Source: Eledone cirrhosa
Lineage: Eukaryota
Assembly: GCA_964016885.1 (NCBI GenBank)
Contig: OZ024740.1
Coordinates: 334,552,001 to 334,616,000 of the forward strand
Length of the DNA: 64,000 bases
Reading direction: 5' to 3'
This document shows positions 54,277 through 64,000 of this stretch, one piece after another (the stretch's first letter is position 1; every line of letters begins with the position of its first letter). A model generated the notes under the pieces. It saw only the letters and a program-made list of their open reading frames with translations, was not told the origin of the DNA and made no database searches. The position numbers were made by a program, and so were the translations under genes.

Positions 54277-55988
54277 GTGTGTCTGTGTGTGCTTTTATAC
54301 GTGTGTGTGTAATATAAAATGTATAGAATATTTTCAATATGTCCAGTAATATTTCTTTAGAGCAGATTAAAACTAGTTTTGTTTGAATTATTTAAATATC
54401 TAAAAGCATTTATTACCCATCTCTTCTATTTCATAGCGGTTATTCCATTTCACCGAATTTATCCGTTTGAATATGTTATAGAACGATGAGTTTTGTGTGA
54501 AAAGAAAAAAGGGATGAAGAGAGAATGTGTGTGCCCTTGAGCGTTAGAAATGTCTTTCTTCTCACCGGTTTATTTTTCTCATTGAAATATCATCTTATAT
54601 TCGATTCTGTAATATCATAACATCCATTCAATTTATGCATTTTATATTAAAGTAACCCTCTCCCCAACAATGCTTCTATGATCAATTATGTTTCTTTCGT
54701 TACCCTGGGAAGTTTTTGCTTCAATTTCCATGATATTAGCCTGAAGATAGAAAAAAAGTATTTCGCGCAGTATGTAGCCAATATCTTAGAATGAAAATTG
54801 ACAACCTTTCAGAAAGATATCTATCACAGAAGATTCGCCAGCATTGTGCCGAATCGAAATCCAACTGCCTCCGGCACATTTCTCTAAATTGAATTTCCGA
54901 TAATTGGGCAAGATTGGTTCTGAAGATCCAAATAGAAACTAAAAAAAGCAAAACGGTAGAATGTTTTTGAATTTTGCTATTTAGAGTATTTTCTATTAAA
55001 TTTTGTAGTGGTTTAATGTGAATATTGTTTTTGTAAAACAAAAACAAACACCTCAAGAGTATGTATATTCGGTAATCTTTAGATTACTGCGGGTCAGGTT
55101 CCTACATAGAAACGAAAATTGGTTAAATAATAGACAATGCAAAATAAAAGCGTATGATACAACTATCCCCTGAATTATCAATATATTTAGTACCTCGTGG
55201 CCAATGGATAGGCGAAAGTATCACAGAGTAAGACTAAAAGTCTTACAGATTCTGTATTCTAATTTTCCGCTTTTATTTACATCCTGTCGATGTTAGCCAT
55301 ACTTTAGTTTTAGTAAATGCTTGTACACTTATGTGACACTTGTCAACGCAGGCATCGCCGAATATTTAAGCCGTCTGCTTCAAAATCATGAGCTTCGGGG
55401 TTTGATCAAATATTTGACTTCTTGCCCGAGAATCCTTAACATAGACGCGTGTTGTCTTCAGTCATATGAGTAGAATTAGATAGACGAAAATATTTTAGAA
55501 GCACCACGAACGAACCTTACTTATAATTCGAATTGTAGTTATAGTGCCGCACTGAACCTTCCTGACAATTGTAATAAATGTAGAGGTATTCGGGGATTAC
55601 ATAAGACCTGACAAGCTAATCACACCAATTGACATTTCATTTTCTCAATTTTTTATCACAGGAATCCGGCAGACATTATTTTTTTTCCCACAAAAGTAAT
55701 TCTTATAGGATTATGATAAGATAGAAAGAGAAGAGGGATAAACACGAATCAATGACTGAAATTCAGTCGGATATCTTCAGATACAACTGTATCAAACATA
55801 GAGATGAAATTCATCTTATGTTTGAACGTGTAATAAAATTAATATACTCTGCTTAAATGATTATTCTATAATTTTAATTTCTTGTAGAGGATCAAGGTAA
55901 AACTTTTGGAAAGTGTGTACACTAAAATATTTTCACACAACTATTTATTCTATTGACTCCAGAAAAATGAAAGGCAAGGTTTTCCATT

Positions 55989-57385
55989 CGATGGGCAGCT
56001 GTTAAAGAACTGCCTGGTTGCATGAGCGGTCCCCTCACAACTACCGGACACGCCGACACCCAGTTGCACCGGACTAAACTCCTCAGCCAGTTCGTGTGTT
56101 ACGGACTTGCAGATCACCTTGGCAGCCAGCAACCGGAAGACATTGCCCACAGCAATGGGGCGTATGCCACCCTCTTTCTTCCTAATGGCGGTGAGGCTGG
56201 CCGAAAAAAAGAGGCCTCGGGCATAAGGGTCCAGGGAACCATGGATGAGCCTATCTTGGAGCCCCACAATTGCACTCAGAATGCGGCGCCCGGCCTCAGT
56301 GGAGCGGGAGAATGACAACTCCTTGAAGGGGCCTGGTTGGAGACCATCAACACCTCCGCAGCTGCTAGCTGGGAAGGACCTGGTGGCGGACATTATGTCG
56401 GCATCAAAAGCCACAAGGAGCAAGTGGGGTCGTGTGGGGGTATGGGTCTGAGATCAGTGGGTGGCTCAGAGTGTTTGAGTTGCAGACAGTGTCCTCTGAG
56501 GCAACAACTCTGACTGCGGCTGAGACATCACCCATGATAAGCTTGGCGTTTACCTGGTCGCGCAAACGCTTGGCGCTGGCCTCGGGGGTGGAGGATAGGG
56601 TGTTCCTGATGGTGTGACGTCCCTGGGCACGCTTGGAATGGGCGCTCAACTAAAGTACGAGACATTGACCTTGACGAAGGCTGCTGTTGACCGGCCGCCC
56701 CAGTCAGCGCCAGGGGTGGGGAGGCCGAGGGCGAGTGGGGCGAAATAGAACAGCCGCTCGCAGTCACTGGCTCGATTGGAGTCCAGGGTGCTCTCACTCA
56801 AGGAAGCGAGGGCATCGGCTACCGGCACTCGTGCCGCTCTCGGGATCCTGAGTGGGATATTCCGGAGCCGCCTGAGCCGAGCGATGTTGACCAGCGTGGC
56901 TCGGGCGTCAGGCAAGCTCGCTGTCCCATCTGGTGGTGTGCCAGGCGACCGTGGTTGGGAAGACGTGGGGAAGAGGCAGCTCCTGTACCTCCACGCTGCG
57001 CGGGCATTGGTAGCTGCACGAGTCAAGCCAACGCAGGTGAGGTGGTGGAAGCAGCGGCACCCTAAACAGTTCCTACTTCTTCCGTTTGTTAGTGGTGCTG
57101 CAAGTGCTGCAGGTGTCGGCTTGGACGGATGAGGGATGGGGCGTGGGGCCGGAGACTGGGGCACCGAGCGGCATCAGGGGTGGCTGGCTGGCGTGTGTGG
57201 GTGGAAGGGAAACTGCTGGTAAGAGGGCCTCATATCTCACCTATATATATAGAGGTGTCAGAAAACAAGAGAGAAAGGAGGGGCTGCATGGAGGGGTAGA
57301 AACAGTAAGGTAGAAGGTTAGTAAATGACACGTTCATAGAACGTGAGGCCGCCTGTGAGACCGCGTGTGAGACGTGAGACCGGCT
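55989..57385 (-). mobile_element. CRE-type non-LTR element, inverted 5' half (PHD-like finger plus RT N-terminus)
   Basis: CLGC..FHHLTC..W, IPRAAR, GGVDGL, GGIRPIAVGNVFRLLAAK and QLGVGVSGSCE. Confidence 0.85.
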
Positions 57386-58255
57386 GGGACTTAGCCCAGT
57401 AGACGTCCCTCCTCCTTCTCCCCCTGTTGACGTCAAGTCCCCCCAACGCACTTGGGATGCCATCCAGTGCAGCCTGGCCTCAGACAGCCTCACGCGCCAG
57501 TTCGACCAGCACCGCCTTGCTTGTTTTCGTGCGGCCTCCAAACCCCACAGCGCTGCCTGGCTCCATTCCCTGCCTCCCTCTCCACTGGCACGCAGCTAGA
57601 CAACCATAGCCTGCGCATTGGCGTTTCCCTGTGGCTCGGCCTCCGGATCCGCCAGCCACACCAATGTCGCTGCGGTTCTACAGTGGACTTTTTCTGCCTT
57701 CACCTGCTTTCCTGTCGCCACATTGCCGGCAGCATTCCACGCCATACTGCCCTCAACTAGGTCATTAAGCATGGCTTGAACGCTGCATGCTTCCTTTCCC
57801 AGCTCGAGCCGGTGGGGCTGGATCGAGGGGACGGCAAAAGGCCAGATGGCATGACCATCTTCCCGTTCCGCGGTGGCAAACCCCTCGTCTGGGATGCCAC
57901 TTGCACCGATACTTTCTGCAGCCGCAACCTGGTGCAGTCTGCAACTGACCCAGGTCCTGCTGCACGTCGGGCTAAGGGGGCCAAACTCCTCAAATACCGG
58001 TCGCTCTCCGACAGGTTTGCGGTCATACCCCTGGCAGTGGAGACTTCTGGTGTCCTCGGCCCCAGGGCTACCTCCTTACTCACCATCATAGGCGCTGAGC
58101 TGGCCAGCCGCAGGTGGGAGCCCCGCGAGTTGGAGTAGCTTTTCAGTGCGTCTCCCTTGCCGTCTTCCGGAGAAACGCTTTCTCCATTCTGTCCGCCGTA
58201 CCGTTGTAGTTGTTGTATACAGATATTAACTCATCAATCCCATTGTCCTAATTAT
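57386..58255 (+). mobile_element. CRE-type non-LTR element, 3' half (Zn finger plus RLE)
   Basis: LRIGVSLWLG..CRCG..HLLSC..RHTALN, EPVGLDRGDGKRPDG, VWDATC and PLAVETSG. Confidence 0.88.
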
Positions 58256-60351
58256 AGGTTTTCCATTGTGGGATTCAAATTCATAACTTTTTTTGCGCGC
58301 TTAAATTCAAGGTAAGATTTAGTTCGAATCTCAAAAAATTCTCGCGATCGAACGTGCTCATTTCTTGTATGGGCACAAATTAATTATTATTTAGCGGCTC
58401 GGTTTTTATATTCTGTAGAATGAAGCTCCTCTCTGAATGGTAAATTGCTGTTACTGACATCGGAAATTTGAAAGACAAAAAACTAACCTTGACGGTATTT
58501 GAGATCACAAGAAGCTACACAATGTATATCCATATGACATTTATTCCACCGCATTATCATGTGATCCATCATTCATATGATACCTTGTAATAATGATTTC
58601 TAGCAAACAAGAAGTTGAATTTAAAGGAAGAGAGTAATCACTAATATGTATTCATGTTCATGAATAGAACTCTATTTTTAGTCCTCTGAGCGTTAAATAT
58701 CAGGTGTAAGGCAGTGGGATTTGAAATCAGAAAGTAAAGAACTCCAACAAATGTTGCTTTATTTGCAATTCGATGGCCTAAAAAAATTTTTTAATCCACT
58801 GCTTTAATTTTATGGCATTATATTAAATATAATTATACTCAAGATTGTTCAATATTGGTTCTGAAAACAATGCTAGTTCTTGCATTAATACGGGCTCAAT
58901 GATGCTAGATTTTATCTCTTCAGAACTTGCTTTGGGCCATCATTATCTTGACTGAAATGAAACAGCAATTTCCGGCATTAGTAACCTAAGTCACGAACAC
59001 ATCACGTCAGGTCTTATTTTTCCACAACATTAGCATTCATATATTCATATTAAATTTAATTTTTCGGATATTTATTACGCAGCATGCAATATTTGAAGAC
59101 ATGCATTGCTGAAATTGTAATCTAAACACAAGTGTTGTTGTTGTCATCGTTGTTGTTGTTATCTCCCAGGTCAATCACGATCGAGAAAGACTCGATTATG
59201 TATCAAGAGTAGCAGCCATAACCACATCGTGTATATTTCAGACATTACGTATATTACCTAATTTTTCAAATCCCAGGTTTTGAATATAGATATATGGTTG
59301 CTATTTTTAGCAAAGCAAGTGGCATTATGGAACAGCCCTTGTCGTTTTCTATACATACAGGGAGAAGAAAAGTCTGTATATATTATGTAACAAGAATTCC
59401 TGGGTAGCTATTCGCATCCCTACATCTGATTTTCATTGCGCGTTAGGTTTCCAAAATTAAAGGATAAAGGTGACATATTCAGTTTTAATTGCGTGTTTTA
59501 ATAATCATGATAGTGGTGTGAATATTGCCATGAAAAGCAATTTAATTTTAGGCTTGTATTTAGTTTACCAGAGCGTTAAGAATTAATAAAGCGTCATATA
59601 AAGTTATACATCACTATCTCATTACTATCAGCAAAACTAGTAATTTATTCTTCATAATTTGGCATTTCAACATCAGTTAACTTAATAGATATTCATTCCC
59701 ATCTATGAAAAGCAACATTAAATTAAATGTTTCGTCTTTGGTACAAACGTAACCCCAAAACACTTCCCTGCTTCAAAGTCGCTTAATATGATCGTAACAT
59801 TTTCAATTAAGGCATTTGAAAAAAAGGTCTGGGCTACTAAAGTTCCTCTACTGACTCAGATGTCGACCGTAGATTAAGTGAGGAAGGTGAACTACTTCCT
59901 GTGGTCAAATCTAATAGAATTTAAGCCACTGTTTACAAGGAAATCATTCTACATTCTAGACAATATGCGGCAAATATATGTTGGTACATGTGAAAATAAT
60001 ACAGATCATCTATGTCTATGTGTAATAAACTTAACGATTCCTCAGATCTAACACAACACCAGTTGGTTATCTTTCGAGTTTATCCAAACCTTTAAAGACA
60101 TTACAACTACTCAGGTAAAGTAACGATATATACATTTTTTCTTTTTAACAATTGAAATAGTAGGCAAAGCGTCTTAAAGTTTCTCACACAAGTCCTTCAA
60201 AAGAAGATAGAATGTGAAATTAAAAAAATGAAATAGAATGATGAGTCAAAGGGGGAAGAAACGGAAAATATTTATTTTGAGAAAAGCTTGTGTGTATTCA
60301 GTCAGCCGAATATTACACACACACACACACACAGACATATATATATATATA

Positions 60352-61136
60352 TTGGTATGTATTGTGTGTTAGTTTAGCCTACCACAATATCCGATTTGTC
60401 AAGCTATTTCAACGTATGTTATAACTCTGAGACCTATCTTATTGAGTGCTTCGCTAACCCATCACTTCATATAAGTAGGCCGAATTACTTGCAAACCGCC
60501 AGAGATTCGATTTTACTGATTCCCAATTATATTAATCTCCTAGATTTAATAATTAACCAATTAAATTAATTGAAAAATTCTGTTGATTGGTTTATTATTA
60601 GCGTTAGTTTTATAACATCTAGTCGAGAGCTTATCATGATGATTAGCGGAAATTTAAATATTTCCATTTGCTAGCATTTGAATGACCCGCCAAAAACCAG
60701 GGGTTATTTCCCTTGCCGGAATTAACACGTGATAAATATAGATACGATTAGCAGCCGTGAGAGCAGCAACATATTTTATCACTCCTGATCCTAACCAGAA
60801 CGAAAACCTGCTGATAAACTGATTCCTCTGTTCAGTCACCAAGACCATGAACTTGCCACTAAAGTAAGTCTGATATTTGAATTCGGAGTCAGAGAAACAT
60901 TTCAAACGTTCGTCTGATCTGTCCAGGTCTATTTTTCACAACGTGATTAGTTTCTTCGTTACTTTGGTATATATTGTGTGTTAGTTTAGCCTACCACAAT
61001 GTCCGATTTGTCACGCTATTTAAATATATGTTATAACTCTGAGACCTATCTTATCGAGTGCTTCGCTAACCCATCACTTCATATAAGTAGGCCAAATTAC
61101 TTGCAAACCGCCAGAGATTCGATTTTACTGATTCCC

Positions 61137-61143
<7 letters not shown>
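60352..61143. mobile_element. Non-coding element with direct terminal repeats of about 180 bp (612-bp period)
   Basis: 60352-60531 is repeated at 60964-61143. The element is embedded in (TA)n and (CA)n. Confidence 0.7.
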
Positions 61144-61226
<83 letters not shown>

Positions 61227-61569
61227 GCGTGTGTGTGTATTCCATCTGATGGAATACTTTGAATCCACAAGACGTATCTGAGGAACTTTCGAATGCAAAG
61301 TCGGGTTCGATCTGTAACAGATGCTGCCTTGAGCTAATCGACGGAGAAATATATGTAATATGTTAATAAATTGTGGTTTGATGCATTACTGATTCCTCGT
61401 TATCTATAACAAAATACTCTGCTCTGCGCGAGCATCGAGTGCTCGTCTGGCATACCGCTTACGGGCACATTTAATTGCAACCCTACAACAACTATATATA
61501 TATATATGTATATGAATTAATAAAAACAATGAATAAAAACAAGGAACAAGTTCCTTATATTAAAAAATT

Positions 61570-61703
61570 CATCATTTTACGATCGTTTCTAGGATATATA
61601 TGTGTGTTGGTATGTATATCATATAGATCTATGTAAAAATATTACAAACTATCAGAGGAAATATACATACCTTCACATATATATGCTGTCTTCAGAAATG
61701 ATG
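61570..61703 (-). ncRNA. Hammerhead ribozyme motif with 8-bp stem I and very long stem II
   Basis: CATCATTT-CTGAAGA-cagcATATATATGTG..GGTATGTATAT...ATATACATACC..CACATATATATccta-GAAAC-GATC-GTA-AAATGATG. Confidence 0.78.
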
Positions 61704-61707
61704 AGAT

Positions 61708-62619
61708 TTGTTTATTGAAAAAAAAAACAACAAAGATTTAATATAATAGGTCTGTATGGGAACAGGTTTTGAATTGACCAATAGAAAAGTAGTAAGAGGT
61801 CAAGTTGATAGAATAGTAGTAGGAGAAATGTTATGTTAATCGTCCGATAAGACACGGTGCATAGGCACCGATGCTCCATTTTATTAGGTGTGGGGGGGGG
61901 GGGGGAGTGACTGATCCTGTACCCATCTTTCTTTACCATTTTTTTGGCTTCTTCTAATTCCTCCTGATTTACCTGGAATGCTTCGCACTTTTTTGCTACT
62001 CTCGCAAAAGACAGGGTAGTTTTAATTTAATTGTTGCTGTTGTTGTTATCGTTATTTTTGTTATTGTTAATTTTAGTTTCAGTTGTGGTGGTGGCGGCGT
62101 CAATGGTGTTCGGTGTGGAAGAGTTCATTTTGGTTGAATTCATTTCGATATCACGAGTTAATTTATTTGTTTCTTTTGTTTCTGTTGTCGCTGTGGTGGT
62201 GGTGGGGATGGCGGCTTTAACACCTGCAGTCATTGGTAATGGCGGGAAATGAATGTCTCCCTGAGACAAATTTAAAATATTGCTACTGCTTATATTTTTA
62301 GTGTTGGCAAACGTAGTAATATTTACAATGGTGGTGTCGGTGTGAGGTGTTAGTTTGTGAGGAGGCCTCTCAGCTACTGGGTTCAGCTGTGAGTCGGCCA
62401 TGATTTTTCAAAGAAATTTTTTTTTTTGCTTGATAATTATAAAAGTTTAAATTTTGGGCTCAAGGCCCCAATCTTTTTGAGTGTCCTTTTCAGAATTCAA
62501 TGTATGTGCACTTACATACAGTTAACAATAACAATTTTCCATAAATGTCAATTTTAAACAACTGAAAATAACAAACCTTTGCGGAGCTCACGATAATACG
62601 ATTTACTACGTAGGTCGCC
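61708..62619 (-). mobile_element. Possible internally deleted LINE (5' UTR, ORF1 N-terminus, 3' UTR)
   Basis: The low-complexity ORF MADSQ... is followed by an SFARVA motif. The segment ends in a T-rich tract with aataaa. Confidence 0.4.

Positions 62620-62676
<57 letters not shown>
62620..62676. repeat. (AAT)n microsatellite, tail of the adjacent LINE
   Basis: Seen directly. Confidence 0.9.
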
Positions 62677-62678
<2 letters not shown>

Positions 62679-64000
62679 TTTCATTGATTAGCCACATGGG
62701 CCGACATGTAGAGGACAATACATAGACAGGGACAGTGGGGGTTTACAATAAGGTCGAGTAAAAGTGCACAATGGAAAGACTAATTTAACAATGAAGATAT
62801 AAAAATATAAAATAAACTATACATAAATATAACAAAATAAGTTTCCCGATAGGGGGTGGACCACCCTGGGGTGACTCGGGTACCCCAGCAATCCTGAACC
62901 ACCCTCCGCTTCTAGGGCACCCAGGAAGAGAACCTTTCTTCTCAAGTTACCTAGCCTATAGGCGCATGGTCAGAGTAGACCCATTCACACGAGCCATTCT
63001 CGCCACATTCATCCACCTTTTAGCAAATGTACTGGGGGGCAGCACTTCCCTTTCACCGTTACATTCCTTTCCAGATGAAACTTGAAGAAGTTGATGAGGG
63101 ATTGGCCGAAGAGAAAGTGTCTGTCTTCAGTCCTTTTAACCTGGTACACCATATAACCTCTTTCGCAACTGCCACCAGACAGAGAAACATTTCCTGCTCT
63201 TCCTGACCTAAGGAAGGCTGCGGGCTGATCTTCACTATGGATTCGGCCGATAGCCGGATTCGGTCCACACGCGACAATAGCTGTTCGACATAACTCCACA
63301 ACTAAGTAATGCACGGACATTGGATAAGTGAGTGCAGAACGGTCCGTCTGACAGCACTTCCATGCCTGTAGAGTTTATCCCGAACCGGCAGTGCTCCCCG
63401 GTAGCACTGCCTAGCGAGGGATTTCTGGAAATTGTCCATCGTCCCCGGCTCGAAAGTCCTCCGGTACAGACTGGTTAGTTCGACTTCTTCGAGGCCCAAA
63501 GTTTCTCAGAGTGCGTCATCGCACTTGCCCATCACTAATCCTCTATAGAACTCGAGAATGGAAGTTCCACTGATCGCATTGCCCGCTTGGTAGAGGGCAG
63601 TCAGTACCTGGCAAAATTCCAGGTGCCAGTCACCCAGGCTCGGTCTCTTCTTGACCCAAGACTGCAGCTCAGTCAAAGAAATGAGCTGCGGAAAAGCCCG
63701 TCTGATAAACGGTGACCACACCAGTTCACCGTTTAGACAGAATATCTGGAGATGTCGCAGCCTCAACGCATGTCTGCGCATCATTAGCTACGGCATTCCC
63801 AGCCCTCCGCGTAGAGGGGGCTGGCAGCAGATGGACCGTCGCACCAACGTAACTTGTCCCCTCCACAAGAATTTGAAGGGGAGCCTTTCAAACTTGACGA
63901 GGCGCGGTCGAGGGCAAGGCACGACGGTCAGGCGGTAGTAGATGACTGACGCGATGTACGCATTCGCCACCTCGCGCGACATTTCAGTGATAGCTTCCTC
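62677..64000 (-). mobile_element. L1/Tx1-clade LINE, 3' part of ORF2 plus 3' UTR (degraded)
   Basis: ANAYIASVIYY..FKFLWRG..VRRSICCQPPLRGGLGMP, CYRGALPVRDKL and TVLHSLIQCP. Confidence 0.8.

Overview
This is AT-rich eukaryotic repeat DNA, most likely octopus, inferred from the tRNA-type SINE family and the dense (TA)n, (CA)n and (TAA)n microsatellites. I see no intact host gene and no CRISPR array. The window holds Penelope-like elements (PLEs), including one near-complete element with pseudo-LTRs, RT and GIY-YIG at about 3.4-9.1 kb. It also holds a near-intact R4/Dong-type non-LTR element (11.6-15.2 kb) followed by a permuted fragment pair, a CRE-type element with an inverted 5' half inside a 12-bp TSD, Tx1/L1, RTE and HERO-like fragments, several SINEs, and heavily decayed TLR-like and GPCR-like sequences. 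The most notable signal is a set of about 20 type I hammerhead ribozyme (HHR) motifs from many families, identified by eye. Several sit one per unit in non-coding tandem repeats of 530, 565 and 697 bp, the architecture expected of retrozymes or non-autonomous PLEs. Some have unusually long, covarying stem II inserts and a mismatch at the base of stem II. Many of these elements form foldback palindromes. All structures were read manually and none has been tested computationally or experimentally.
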